In this document: positions 38,866-49,757 of the stretch, in pieces
Layout of the letters: every line of letters begins with the position of its first letter
Position numbering within the stretch: position 1 is the first letter of the stretch
Assembly: GCA_910584305.1 (NCBI GenBank)
Contig: CAJTZW010000003.1
Span: 10,378-74,377, forward strand
Reading direction: 5' to 3'
DNA from: an uncultured Bacilli bacterium
GTDB taxonomy: Bacteria > Bacillota_I > Bacilli_A > RF39 > UBA660
Length of the DNA: 64,000 nt
Program-made: the position numbers and the translations under genes
Notes under the pieces: generated by a model
The model's input: the letters and a program-made list of their open reading frames with translations, nothing else
Database searches by the model: none
What the model was told of the DNA's origin: nothing

Positions 38866-40365
38866 TCACTTTTGATATGTATACGCTTGTTCTTCTTGAG
38901 TAGATGCTATTGTATTATTTTGTACCGATGTAATTATTTCCTGAAGTTTGGCATTATACTGATTAAATTGTTGTGCCACTTTGTCTGTTTCTTCCTTTGC
39001 GCGTTTAGCAGCTACTTCAGCTTTTTGCCTCTCAACAGCTTCAGCATACAATTTCTTTTTCAAGTCTTCTATTTGTGCTTCTAACTCTGCTATCGAAGAA
39101 TCTTTTTCTCCCACTTCGGTAGTTAGTTCATCTATCGTAGTTTGTTGAGATTTTATCGTATCATCCTTTTCTGATACCTTTTTGGTATAAACATTTACTT
39201 GACAAGTCAATGAGCTTTTATCCAATTGAAGTTTCTGATTCTCATCCTTAAGTGCTTTATTTTCTGTTCTTACATCATTTAAAGTATTATTCGTAGCATT
39301 TAATTCTTCTTGCTTTTGAGACAAAGCTAATATAGCACTCTTTTGCATATCAGTCATGGCTATTTTAAATGCATTTGTCATTTGTTGCATAGCAATACCC
39401 ATATTCTGATTAAATGTATTTGTAATTGTGCTGAATTGATTATTCAAGTTTTCCACATCTTTAGTTTCATCATCAATAACAACTTTTTGGTCAGGGTGCA
39501 CATTTTCCGATGTTACATTACCATTCGAAGTTTGCATATTATCGGAAGAATTCTGCTTACCATCATTTACATTAAATTCAATTGTTGGATCTTGATCTTG
39601 ATTTTGCACTATATCTTCCCCTTCCTCTTGCTTCATAATTTCACGTACATTCTTACCTATCACATCTCGTATTGCTAAATTGTTATCTACTTCTGGCACC
39701 TTTGAATCAAGTGCTGCAATACTTAACTTTTTAGGGGCCTTGTTCACTTCTTTTTGTGATATACTTTGTGACTCCCCTAGATTGCTATTTGTAGTATTCA
39801 TATTTGATACCCATTCATCAAATTCAGAAGATATTTGTTCATCCCCAGCAGGAAATATTGGAGCGTCTATTTCTTCTTCAACATGTTTTTCTCCTGGTTG
39901 TCCTAATTCAAAAGGAACAGTATTTAAATCTTGTTGGTCATTAAAAGATACTGGCTCCACAGTTTCACTAGGTTCAGCAGATTTCTGACGTTCTTCTTCT
40001 TGTTGTACGCGCAATTCTGTAAGCTCTTGCAATTTTTCTTCTTTTTTCCTTTGTATATCTTCTAGTTTATTCTGATAAACAGCTTCAGCAAAGCCACCTT
40101 TACTTTGTTTTACTAATGTATTATTTTCTCTTTCAGTAAGTTTATTTACATCTTTTTCTAATTTACTAACTTCTTTGTCTAAATTTTCATTTTTGGTAAA
40201 CTTTGCTCTACATTTTCTAATAGCAGTCAAAAATTTATCTTTAAATTTGATTTTTTTAGCATCATAAGTATCTAATTCCATATCAGTTGAATGCAAATCC
40301 ATAGAACTTAAGATCTTAAACATATCCTTAACTGATTTATCTTTTAGTTGGTTTTCATCTTTCAT
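38866..40365 (-). CDS. hypothetical coiled-coil protein (499 aa, E/K/Q-rich)
   Basis: Long heptad-like charged segments and low complexity; no enzymatic motif seen. Confidence 0.4.
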   Translation of the reverse strand: MKDENQLKDKSVKDMFKILSSMDLHSTDMELDTYDAKKIKFKDKFLTAIRKCRAKFTKNENLDKEVSKLEKDVNKLTERENNTLVKQSKGGFAEAVYQNKLEDIQRKKEEKLQELTELRVQQEEERQKSAEPSETVEPVSFNDQQDLNTVPFELGQPGEKHVEEEIDAPIFPAGDEQISSEFDEWVSNMNTTNSNLGESQSISQKEVNKAPKKLSIAALDSKVPEVDNNLAIRDVIGKNVREIMKQEEGEDIVQNQDQDPTIEFNVNDGKQNSSDNMQTSNGNVTSENVHPDQKVVIDDETKDVENLNNQFSTITNTFNQNMGIAMQQMTNAFKIAMTDMQKSAILALSQKQEELNATNNTLNDVRTENKALKDENQKLQLDKSSLTCQVNVYTKKVSEKDDTIKSQQTTIDELTTEVGEKDSSIAELEAQIEDLKKKLYAEAVERQKAEVAAKRAKEETDKVAQQFNQYNAKLQEIITSVQNNTIASTQEEQAYTYQK

Positions 40366-40367
40366 AT

Positions 40368-40661
40368 CTATTCATCTCCCCCACTTTTAATGGTCTGTCT
40401 CATTACTTCTTTTATTTCTTCCCATTCTTGTTCTGTTTCAATAGAACTTAAATGATAACCATCTTCCTTTTGGGTAACAGTAGACGCATAAACAGTGACC
40501 ATACCATTCTTATCTTTCTCATTATATGTATACACTAAATACTTTTTATGTGTAGAATTAAGTTCAAAGAAGATTAAAACTTCACATTCTACTTCGTCCC
40601 CATCAGGTGTAATTAAAGTAATAAGCTCTCTTTCCACATTTTCATCTATTTTACCAGGCAT
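40368..40661 (-). CDS. DUF1292-family small protein
   Basis: 97 aa; ..ITLITPDGDEVECEVLIFFELNSTHKKYLVYT.. is the DUF1292 pattern. Confidence 0.5.
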   Translation of the reverse strand: MPGKIDENVERELITLITPDGDEVECEVLIFFELNSTHKKYLVYTYNEKDKNGMVTVYASTVTQKEDGYHLSSIETEQEWEEIKEVMRQTIKSGGDE

Positions 40662-40754
40662 ACACTAACCTCCTCTATATTCTTACTTTAGTCATTATAT
40701 CATAAATGAAAAAGCATAGCAACAAAATAAAACAAAAAAATATAAAATCCTGTT

Positions 40755-41615
40755 TTATGAAACAGGATTCACATGAATGGTAATATACTGATACCGCTCG
40801 TCTAAATCATGGATTTGCATTTCTATATCATCCGCGATTTTATGAGAATCACGAAGTGATAAATCTCCATCCATAGAAAGTTCACAAATAATACTACAAG
40901 AATACCCAAACTTTAATACATTTAACCTATCTATATTTACAATTTCTTCATTAGACAATATAATATCTCTTATTTTCTGTAAATTATTCTCATCCGTTTC
41001 CTGTTCCCCGATAATAACACTCACATTTTCTTTAATTAGACAAAAACCTGTATGTACAATAAAGATACCAACAATAACACTAGCTACTATATCCGCATAT
41101 TTAAATAGGGAGAAAACAGATTGCAGTTGCATACAAATACCCGCTACTAAAACTACAATAGAACTCACTACATCCGCACTACTCTCTTTTCCACTGGCAA
41201 GTAAAATCGCATTATCATACTTTTTACCAGAATGAATCAAATAACTAGATAGGGCATACTTGGCTAGAATTGTAAACAGACTCACAAAAATAACATAAAC
41301 ACTTGGAATTATCAAATCACGATGCATACTATTTGCAATCAAAGATAACCCTATAAAAAGTACAACCACACCAATAATTAAACTTGTTAAATACTCTAAT
41401 TTACCATGCCCAAAAGGATGTTTCTCATCAGCTGGTTTACTCGCAAATTTACTACCAAAAAAAGCCACAATATCCGTAGATAAATCACTAAAAGAATGTA
41501 CACCATCTGAAAAAAGAGCACTAGACCTTCCTATAATTCCAAATACAAACTTAAATAAAGCTAAAAAGAAATTAGTTATCATACTAATTCTTATAATATG
41601 TGTAATATGTTTCAT
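40755..41615 (-). CDS. cation diffusion facilitator (CDF) family transporter
   Basis: 286 aa; six TM with ..ALFSDGVHSFSDL.. signature, plus C-terminal cytoplasmic domain. Confidence 0.8.
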   Translation of the reverse strand: MKHITHIIRISMITNFFLALFKFVFGIIGRSSALFSDGVHSFSDLSTDIVAFFGSKFASKPADEKHPFGHGKLEYLTSLIIGVVVLFIGLSLIANSMHRDLIIPSVYVIFVSLFTILAKYALSSYLIHSGKKYDNAILLASGKESSADVVSSIVVLVAGICMQLQSVFSLFKYADIVASVIVGIFIVHTGFCLIKENVSVIIGEQETDENNLQKIRDIILSNEEIVNIDRLNVLKFGYSCSIICELSMDGDLSLRDSHKIADDIEMQIHDLDERYQYITIHVNPVS

Positions 41616-41648
41616 AACAACCTACCTTTTGTATAAAATATATGATTT

Positions 41649-44240
41649 CTACTTTGCCTCATACCAATTATATCCATAATTAATATCCACATTTAATGGA
41701 ACTTTTAAATCACAAACATGCTCCATTGCATCTGTTACAATTTCAATTACTTTATCTTTTTCATCTATCAATGTATCGAAAACAAGTTCATCATGCACTT
41801 GAATCACCATTTTTGACTTTAAATTCTCTTCCTTAAAACGTCTAGCAATATCTACCATAGCCTTTTTAATAATATCCGCACTAGTTCCTTGAATTGGTGT
41901 ATTAAGAGCAATCCTCTCTCCACTCGCACGAATAATATGGTTTTTATTTTGTAACTCTTTAATATAGCGCTTGCGATGCATAAGCGTTGTCACATACCCA
42001 TCCTGATAAGCCTTCTCAATCACACCATTCATATAACTTTGAATTCCAGGATATGTCTCCAAATATGTATCAATAAATTTTTTAGCTTCACGTGTTCCAA
42101 TCTCTAAATTTTCTGCCAAGCCAAAGCTACTAATCCCATAGATAATTCCAAAATTAACAGCTTTAGCAATACGACGCATATTAGAAGTCACTGCCTCTGT
42201 TGGTACACTAAAAATATCACCTGCTGTTTTGGTATGAATATCAATTCCTTCTTCAAATGTCTTAATTAGTGATTCAATTCCTGCCATTCCTGCCAAAATA
42301 CGAAGCTCAATTTGTGAATAATCCCCACCCACAATAATAGAATTTTCACTTGGTATAAAGGCTTTACGAATCAAACGTCCCTCTTCATAACGAATCGGAA
42401 TATTCTGTAAATTTGGTTCAATAGAAGAGAGCCTTCCAGTTCTAGTTAAAGTTTGTGTGTAAATCGTATGAATTCTACCATCTTCTAAAATAAAATTTTT
42501 AAGCCCCTCAATATACGTTGTATATAATTTTGTAAGTGTTCTGTATTCTAATATCTTCTCTACAATAGGATGATCTCCTCTAATTTTATTTAAAATATCT
42601 GCAGATGTAGAATAACCACTTCGATTTTTCTTACCATGGGAAAGTCCCAACTTATCAAATAATATTTCCCCAAGTTGTTTTGGAGAAGAAATATTAAATT
42701 CAGTTCCTGCATAATTATAAATTTCCTTTTCAACAACCTCAATCTTAATTTTAAATTCTTCACCCATGACATCAAGAGCATGCCTATCTACCAAAACACC
42801 ATCAATTTCCATTTTAGAAAGAACTGAAGCAAGTGGAAGTTCAATATCTTGAAACAAAGAATCCATCTCTTCTACATGTAATTTTTCTTCTAGCATTGCC
42901 TTTGTATCATATAAAAACTTAGCTTTCATAACAACAGCATGCATCATAATAGTTTCTTCTGGAACGACTAGGGTATTTTTTCCATATAGATTTTCGTAAA
43001 AAGGGATTTCATAATTCATAGAATTTGCTAAATAAGCAATATCATCCTTTACATTATAATCAAGTAAATACGCCGCAATCATAGTATCAAAGCAACTCTC
43101 TTCAAAGGATATTCCCATCCAATGTAAAGAAACAATTAGCTTTTTTAAATCATATGTACAACAAATAAATGGTAATAATTTAGGTAGACAATCCTTTATC
43201 AAATCTTTAGGAATAAAATAACTTACCTTGTCATTATAAATCCCCATTCCAAGTACCGTTGCGGTATGGTAATTCAATCCCAAATTTTCTAAATACACAG
43301 CTACAGGAGAATCAACTTTAAGAGTATCTACATCCTGAACCACCACATAATCTGATTCTTTGATAGACGGTTCTACTTCAAATGCATCTTTTTTCAAAAA
43401 AGAATAAAACTCCAAATCCTCATATAAAGAATTTAAGGTAGCATGATCACATTTTTTATATGAAATATCTTCTAAAGTAATCTCCATTGGTACATTTCTA
43501 ACAATCGTAGCCAAGTCATAACTCTTATACGCATTTTCTTTATCATTCAAAAGTTTATCATGAACAGAACCTTTAATAGCATCTAAATGTTCATAAATTC
43601 CATCCAAGCTTCCATATTGTTGTAATAATTTTAATGCTGTCTTCTCACCAATTCCCTTAACACCTGGAATATTATCAGAAGCATCGCCCATAAGAGACTT
43701 TAAATCAATCACACGGATTGGATCAATTCCATATTCCTCCTTAAAACTATCTTTATTATAACGAATATAATCCTTTTGCTTTAAAAGTTTAATATCTACA
43801 TCAGTACTAATTAGTTGTAACAAATCCTTATCACTACTAATAATTGTTCCAATAAAATTAGGCTCCTCATCACAATAACGAGCAAAAGTACCTATAATAT
43901 CATCTGCTTCATAGTTATCACATTCATAATATGTAATTCCCATTGCAGTAAGAAGTTGTTTGGCAATGGGGAACTGCATTTTAAGTTCCTCTGGTGTTTC
44001 CATTCTACCGCCCTTATAATCCGCATACTTCTCGTGACGGAACGTTTTACCTTTATCAAATGCCACAATAATATATGTAGGCTTCTCTTCTAAAATAATC
44101 TTATTCATCATATTGGTAAAGCCAAATAATGCGTTAGTTGGAAATCCCTTACTATTTTTCATAAAATTTCCGTTATATGCAGTCGCATAATAACTACGGA
44201 ACAATAAATTATTCCCATCTACTAAAATGATTTTCTCCAT
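41649..44240 (-). CDS. polA: DNA polymerase I
   Basis: 5'-3' exonuclease N-domain, 3'-5' exo-like middle, polymerase motifs ..RRIAKAVNFGIIYGIS.. and ..QVHDELVF.. Start set at MEKIILVDG. Confidence 0.9.
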   Translation of the reverse strand: MEKIILVDGNNLLFRSYYATAYNGNFMKNSKGFPTNALFGFTNMMNKIILEEKPTYIIVAFDKGKTFRHEKYADYKGGRMETPEELKMQFPIAKQLLTAMGITYYECDNYEADDIIGTFARYCDEEPNFIGTIISSDKDLLQLISTDVDIKLLKQKDYIRYNKDSFKEEYGIDPIRVIDLKSLMGDASDNIPGVKGIGEKTALKLLQQYGSLDGIYEHLDAIKGSVHDKLLNDKENAYKSYDLATIVRNVPMEITLEDISYKKCDHATLNSLYEDLEFYSFLKKDAFEVEPSIKESDYVVVQDVDTLKVDSPVAVYLENLGLNYHTATVLGMGIYNDKVSYFIPKDLIKDCLPKLLPFICCTYDLKKLIVSLHWMGISFEESCFDTMIAAYLLDYNVKDDIAYLANSMNYEIPFYENLYGKNTLVVPEETIMMHAVVMKAKFLYDTKAMLEEKLHVEEMDSLFQDIELPLASVLSKMEIDGVLVDRHALDVMGEEFKIKIEVVEKEIYNYAGTEFNISSPKQLGEILFDKLGLSHGKKNRSGYSTSADILNKIRGDHPIVEKILEYRTLTKLYTTYIEGLKNFILEDGRIHTIYTQTLTRTGRLSSIEPNLQNIPIRYEEGRLIRKAFIPSENSIIVGGDYSQIELRILAGMAGIESLIKTFEEGIDIHTKTAGDIFSVPTEAVTSNMRRIAKAVNFGIIYGISSFGLAENLEIGTREAKKFIDTYLETYPGIQSYMNGVIEKAYQDGYVTTLMHRKRYIKELQNKNHIIRASGERIALNTPIQGTSADIIKKAMVDIARRFKEENLKSKMVIQVHDELVFDTLIDEKDKVIEIVTDAMEHVCDLKVPLNVDINYGYNWYEAK

Positions 44241-44393
44241 ACTACCATATCCTCTCAATATTTGTATTATATCATATATTTAAAAAATATTTTATGGATA
44301 AATAAAATACATAATTCCATCTATATAGAAATGTGAAAATTTTGTGAAAATATTATCAAAATTGTGATATACTTATATTACAAGGAGGTAATT

Positions 44394-44849
44394 ATGAGAA
44401 AATTATTAGTAGCAGTAATGTGCGCTGGAATTGTTTTGCTAACTGGATGTGGAGCCAAAGAAGAAAAAACAATGACATGTACACGTACTATTAATCAGTC
44501 TGGTATCAAAATGAACCTATCGTATAATGTTACTTATAAAGGTGATTATGTAACAACTGTAAAAAGCGAAGAAAAAATTACAGCAAGTAGTGAAGAAGTA
44601 CTTGAGACATACAAAGAACAACTTGAAAAAACCACTGCTTCATTTAAAGATATTGAGTACTATGATCACGATATCAAAATCGATGGCGATACTCTAACAA
44701 GCACAATCAATATTGATTATGAAAAAATTGATACTGACAAATTGATTGAAATGGATTCATCTATGAAACAATTAATTAAAAATGGAAAAGTATCTGTAGA
44801 TGACATTGAATCTGTATACAATCAGCTTGGAATTACTTGTGAGAAATAA
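44394..44849 (+). CDS. lipoprotein, DUF1307 (YehR-like)
   Basis: Lipobox LLTGC at the N-terminus; AAGGAGG SD before ATG 44394. The track's longer ORF start is unlikely. Confidence 0.55.
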   Translation: MRKLLVAVMCAGIVLLTGCGAKEEKTMTCTRTINQSGIKMNLSYNVTYKGDYVTTVKSEEKITASSEEVLETYKEQLEKTTASFKDIEYYDHDIKIDGDTLTSTINIDYEKIDTDKLIEMDSSMKQLIKNGKVSVDDIESVYNQLGITCEK

Positions 44850-44850
44850 T

Positions 44851-44876
44851 AAAAAGTGTTTAAAAAACACTTTTTA
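44851..44876. terminator. bidirectional rho-independent terminator (11-bp perfect stem)
   Basis: aaaaagtgttt-aaa-aaacacttttt between convergent stops. Confidence 0.65.
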
Positions 44877-45584
44877 TTATCCCCAAGGAATCTCGCTTGG
44901 AGGGGTTCTATACTCATTTTTTATTTCTTCTATAATTTTACCACTATTCATTTTTATCACTCGATCTCCTATGAAAGCGATTCCAGGATTATGTGTTACA
45001 ATAATCATTGTCGTTTTTAGTTTTTCATTCGCTTCAATTAAAGACTCCAAAACAACTTTCCCAGTTTTCTCATCAAGGGCTCCCGTTGGTTCATCACAAA
45101 ACATAACCTTTGGATGTTTAGCAAGTGCTCTTGCAATTGATATACGTTGTTGCTCCCCACCAGAAAGTTGATACATATACTTTTTTTTATGCCTCGTAAG
45201 ACCTACTGTATCAATAATTTGATCAATATCAGATTTTGATTTACCTAGCTTAGCTCCCACTAAAACATTCTCATACACATTCAAGTGTTCTAACAAATTA
45301 TAAGTTTGAAAAATAAAACCTAAATTCTTTTTACGAAACCTTGTCATTCTATGATCTCCATATCTGGAAATATCTTTTCCTTCATACAAGATTTTACCTT
45401 TTGAAATACGATCTAACCCAGATATTACATTTAACAAAGTTGTTTTTCCACTACCACTGGGTCCCAAAATAACAACAATTTCCCCTGCATTTATAGAAAG
45501 TGAAATATCATGTAAAGCATGACTATCCACTTTCCCAAGTGTATATGTTTTATATACATGTTTTAATTCTATCATCTTTTCCAT
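44877..45584 (-). CDS. ABC transporter ATP-binding protein (second ATPase of the rSAM-ABC operon)
   Basis: Walker A GPSGSGKTT, LSGGEQQRI, MFCDEPTGALD. Confidence 0.85.
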   Translation of the reverse strand: MEKMIELKHVYKTYTLGKVDSHALHDISLSINAGEIVVILGPSGSGKTTLLNVISGLDRISKGKILYEGKDISRYGDHRMTRFRKKNLGFIFQTYNLLEHLNVYENVLVGAKLGKSKSDIDQIIDTVGLTRHKKKYMYQLSGGEQQRISIARALAKHPKVMFCDEPTGALDEKTGKVVLESLIEANEKLKTTMIIVTHNPGIAFIGDRVIKMNSGKIIEEIKNEYRTPPSEIPWG

Positions 45585-45592
45585 ATATTCAC

Positions 45593-48178
45593 CTACTCTC
45601 TTTTTAAAGCAATCGATAATGGGACACGCTTTAAAACTCTTTTAGACAAAGCAATTGCGATATAATACGCTATCAAAAGGCCCACTAAACCAATAATAAT
45701 CTGCATTGGTGTGATTGTAATTGGTATCGTCATTTCAATATCACCAACCAGTGCCTTTACAATCATCTTTAAAATTTGAATCATAACTGGGATAGAAAGT
45801 AAATAGGCAACAATTATAAATGGTGTATAAATATTTAAAATAATACTACTAATTTTCTTATCTTTATAACCCATCACCTTCATAAGTGATATCGTTTTCT
45901 TATTCTCTTCTACAACAATATTGGCTATTACCGCAATAATAATCAAGGCCATAAGAGACGCGAACGCTACTACCAGATAAATACTTCCATTAAAACGATC
46001 CATTTGTTTTGCAATATTTTGTTTTAAATCTTCTACACTTAAAACATTCGCAATTTTGGTAGCATCCTCTTTTGAAAGTTTATCTAAATTCTGATACATA
46101 TCATCATTCGAATACATTGACGTATAAATAGAATTACTAAATCCAAGACTAGCACTTAATGTATCCCTATCTACATATGCCCCATACCCCATATATTCAC
46201 TACTAAAACCAACAATCTGATATGTAAATTCAATACTTTCATGAGAGAATGTTAATTCATCACCAATCTCAAGTCCAAGGAGTTCCTTGGCATTTTCATT
46301 TACAACCATACAATTGTCCTCTATTAAAAGGGAATTCAGCTCTTTTTCTTTTGTATTTAAAATACGCACAAATTTCGCATCCTGATCTACACCCGTAAAT
46401 GAAAAACTTACATCCTCTTTTGCAATAGGTTTCTCTACCCCATTTTTATCTATAATCTTAGAAAGAGGTAAACTTGCAGATAAAACATAATCGGTCAAAG
46501 AAGTATCCCCAATTTCTTCATTCATAGGTCCACTTACACTTACCATATACTTATAATCAATTCCAGCAAATGATTCATCAATGACTTTATTAAATAAATT
46601 CATTCCAATTAAAGTAAGAACAATTAAAAGCCCTGTACAAAATGAAGTAAGTGTCACAATGAGTAATTTTCCTAAAGAACGAAATGCCAAAGAATACTTA
46701 AAGCGAGATTGAAAAGGTAAAAAAGAAGTCAACTTATTACAAATACGACTAAATATATTTACCTTTAAATTACTTCCTTCCTTTAGTAAAGAAAGAGGTT
46801 TCTTACGAAGCATAAAAAGAGCAATCAAATAACTTAAAATAGAAAGCATACACATTGGGACAAAAATAGATGTTTTCAAATACCCAAATGATATTTGAAA
46901 ATGATCCAGAGGTACGCAATAATAACTAACTAGCATATTAGCAATTGGTCTATGAACAAAAATTCCTATCATAAATCCAAGAACTCCACCAATTAAAGAA
47001 CCGAAAATTGGATATACCAAATAACTTGTTGCAATACTCAAACGATTATACCCAAGTGACTTTAATACGCCAATTTGAAGCCTCTCATCATCAATACGCT
47101 TCTTTGTAATAATTACAATAATAACAACCGATACAGCAAGTAATAAGTATAAAAAATATTCTGCAAATAATCGATCACTAGCAAATTCTAGTTGCAATGC
47201 ACTGATCCTACCAATACGTGTCACCGTATTTACATCCATAAAGATTCGCCCATCTTCAAAAATTGCCATAAATGGATCCGTTGTTTCTGTAGTATCGTCT
47301 TCTTCTGAAGTACTAACACTTATTTCAAATTTTCGTGGAACATCAAAATTGTATACAAGTGAGAAAACATTGTCACGAATTCCGTTAAAGGAATGAAACG
47401 CATTTTCTGTCATATGAACAATATTATTTTTATTCTCATCAAATATCGGCATACTAAATGAAATTAATGGATAAATATAATCTGGAGCATAAGCAAAACC
47501 AACCACTTCATAAGTAGCATCACCAATCTCCATGAAATCTCCTATTTTAATATTATGTGTCTTCGCATATCCAGGAAGAATAGCAATCTCATTATCTTCT
47601 TCAGGTTCTCTACCCTCTACTAGATAGGTTTGATTAATACCATCTGTGGCAAATGGCAAAACCTTTAATAAAGTATCTCCCTCTTTACTCGTTTTAGATT
47701 TTTCAAGCTCATACGTAAAATCATACTTTTCCTGAATAGAATCTAACACTTTAGATTGTAAATACTCCTTAGCACCATATTTGGTAAAAATCGTATCAAG
47801 TGTATATTCAAATTCAAGACTGTCAAACGGATTCGAAATAAATTCTATCAAACAAGTATCCATATCAAGTGCACAAACATAAGAGTTTATAATATTACGC
47901 TCATCATCCGTTATAGAGGAAAGTTGGTTTTCAAGTAGATAATTTATATCCTCCTTTGATACCTCACTATAGTCAACATCAACAGAAACACTCAAATCTT
48001 CAACATTCTGTTCCTCCAAATAATCATAATACTGATTCTCTAAACGATCAATCGCACTATTCATTCCTACATAAACAGCTGTCGATAGCATAACCATGAC
48101 AACAATTCCAAACATTTGAATTTTCTTCTTTTTAAGACCTTTAAATGCATTTAAAAATAATAATCCCATTATGCCCAC
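45593..48178 (-). CDS. ABC transporter permease, FtsX/MacB-type (861 aa)
   Basis: Same 8-TM two-FtsX-domain architecture as 16632-19220. Its start overlaps the upstream ATPase stop by 10 nt. Confidence 0.8.
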   Translation of the reverse strand: MGIMGLLFLNAFKGLKKKKIQMFGIVVMVMLSTAVYVGMNSAIDRLENQYYDYLEEQNVEDLSVSVDVDYSEVSKEDINYLLENQLSSITDDERNIINSYVCALDMDTCLIEFISNPFDSLEFEYTLDTIFTKYGAKEYLQSKVLDSIQEKYDFTYELEKSKTSKEGDTLLKVLPFATDGINQTYLVEGREPEEDNEIAILPGYAKTHNIKIGDFMEIGDATYEVVGFAYAPDYIYPLISFSMPIFDENKNNIVHMTENAFHSFNGIRDNVFSLVYNFDVPRKFEISVSTSEEDDTTETTDPFMAIFEDGRIFMDVNTVTRIGRISALQLEFASDRLFAEYFLYLLLAVSVVIIVIITKKRIDDERLQIGVLKSLGYNRLSIATSYLVYPIFGSLIGGVLGFMIGIFVHRPIANMLVSYYCVPLDHFQISFGYLKTSIFVPMCMLSILSYLIALFMLRKKPLSLLKEGSNLKVNIFSRICNKLTSFLPFQSRFKYSLAFRSLGKLLIVTLTSFCTGLLIVLTLIGMNLFNKVIDESFAGIDYKYMVSVSGPMNEEIGDTSLTDYVLSASLPLSKIIDKNGVEKPIAKEDVSFSFTGVDQDAKFVRILNTKEKELNSLLIEDNCMVVNENAKELLGLEIGDELTFSHESIEFTYQIVGFSSEYMGYGAYVDRDTLSASLGFSNSIYTSMYSNDDMYQNLDKLSKEDATKIANVLSVEDLKQNIAKQMDRFNGSIYLVVAFASLMALIIIAVIANIVVEENKKTISLMKVMGYKDKKISSIILNIYTPFIIVAYLLSIPVMIQILKMIVKALVGDIEMTIPITITPMQIIIGLVGLLIAYYIAIALSKRVLKRVPLSIALKRE

Positions 48179-48873
48179 CTCAAGCTTTCTGCAGATGCTA
48201 CAGTTTCATTATGAATAATTTCAACAATATGCCCACTATTCATACGAATCACAGTATTGGCCATAAGAGCGATTGATGGATTGTGCGTAACAATAATCAT
48301 CGTTGTATGATACTTCTTATGGATATCCTCTAATGTTTTTAGAATTTTCTTACCCGTTTTTTCATCTAGAGCCCCTGTTGGCTCATCGCAAAAAAGTACC
48401 TCTGGATTTTTTACAAGAGCCCTTGCAATCGCAACTCTCTGCATCTGCCCACCAGACAGTTGAAACGGATATTTATGTGCATGAGAATCTAGCCCTACTG
48501 CACGAATCATCTCTGCAATGGAAAGTGGTGATTCTGACAAATGCTCTCCAAGCTCTATATTCTCCTTTACCGTCAAATTCGCAATCAAATTATAACTTTG
48601 AAAAATAAAGCCAAGATAATTCTTTCGGTACTCTGTAAGTTCCTCATCAGTCATTTGGTTCAGTTCAGTATCATTAAAGTATACTTTTCCTTTACTAGGA
48701 ATATCAATACCCGATAATAAATTTAATAAGGTAGATTTCCCACTACCACTAGGGCCTAGTATAACAACTATCTCTCCTTTTTCAATTTCTAAATCAATTT
48801 GTTCTAGTGCATAACTTTTCTGATTTTGATTTTGATAAATTTTAGAAACATTCTCTAATTTATATAAGCTCAT
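48169..48873 (-). CDS. ABC transporter ATP-binding protein (first ATPase)
   Basis: Walker A GPSGSGKST, LSGGQMQRV, LFCDEPTGALD. Start set at MSLYKLENV (AGGAGG SD). Confidence 0.85.
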   Translation of the reverse strand: MSLYKLENVSKIYQNQNQKSYALEQIDLEIEKGEIVVILGPSGSGKSTLLNLLSGIDIPSKGKVYFNDTELNQMTDEELTEYRKNYLGFIFQSYNLIANLTVKENIELGEHLSESPLSIAEMIRAVGLDSHAHKYPFQLSGGQMQRVAIARALVKNPEVLFCDEPTGALDEKTGKKILKTLEDIHKKYHTTMIIVTHNPSIALMANTVIRMNSGHIVEIIHNETVASAESLRWA

Positions 48874-48953
48874 ATATCCTCCTTTTTGATTACTTAAAGT
48901 ATACCACAAAAATTACTTCTACAAAATATATACAAAAAAACTCTATTAAAATC

Positions 48954-49757
48954 CTATGTATCAATAAAAGAACAATGACGACAAAGTTCTTCACATTTCT
49001 CCCTACGCCTAAATCCATCCCTCATTTTTAGTGCGCGATTACTTTGTAGAACACTATCAATAGAACTCTCAAATATATTTCCAAGAGCAATATCCCCTTT
49101 ACTATCTAAACAACATGGGACAATCGTACCATCTACCAAAATACCAATATGATCACGAAGTGCATAACAAGACCCCTTCACTACATAATATTCATTTTCT
49201 AAATCGGGCCAAATAAACTCATGAAAAGAATTAATAAATACAGTAGGAGAAAGTGTAACATTCCCTTCAATATCAGAAGCCTTAATAGATGTATGATAGT
49301 GTTCATTTAAGATATCTAGAATCTTCTCTGTATATTGATTCTTAACCCATAAACGATAAGAAATATATGTATTAGGAAGCGCATCAACAACTGTAAAAAT
49401 AGACTGTAAATAATCATCAAGTGAAATATGATATCTTTCATCATAACTATGTAAAGAAATGTTAAGTTGACGTAAATTAGAAACACCATGTATCTTGGAT
49501 ATTAAATATCCATTCGTCGTTATATTCACAAAAAATCCAGATTCATGGGCCATCTTTATAAATGTACGAATCTGTGGATGCAAAAGTGGTTCACCTAAAA
49601 TATGAAAATATAAATATTTTGTATGCCCTTTCAATTTATCCAAAATTTTACAAAAATCACCTTCGACCATAAACTTTTTATCTCGCTTATTTTGAATACA
49701 AAAATCACATTGTAAATTGCAAGAATTGGTAAGCTCTATATATACTTTTTTTAACAC
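48954..49757 (-). CDS. compact radical SAM/SPASM(twitch)-domain protein (267 aa)
   Basis: CNLQCDFC (CX3CX2C) at residues 13-20; C-terminal Cys-rich ..CYALRDHIGILVDGTIVPCC...GNIF...KCEELCRHC.. auxiliary-cluster motif. No N-terminal extension (no RRE). First gene of the operon with the ABC genes. Confidence 0.7.
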   Translation of the reverse strand: MLKKVYIELTNSCNLQCDFCIQNKRDKKFMVEGDFCKILDKLKGHTKYLYFHILGEPLLHPQIRTFIKMAHESGFFVNITTNGYLISKIHGVSNLRQLNISLHSYDERYHISLDDYLQSIFTVVDALPNTYISYRLWVKNQYTEKILDILNEHYHTSIKASDIEGNVTLSPTVFINSFHEFIWPDLENEYYVVKGSCYALRDHIGILVDGTIVPCCLDSKGDIALGNIFESSIDSVLQSNRALKMRDGFRRREKCEELCRHCSFIDT

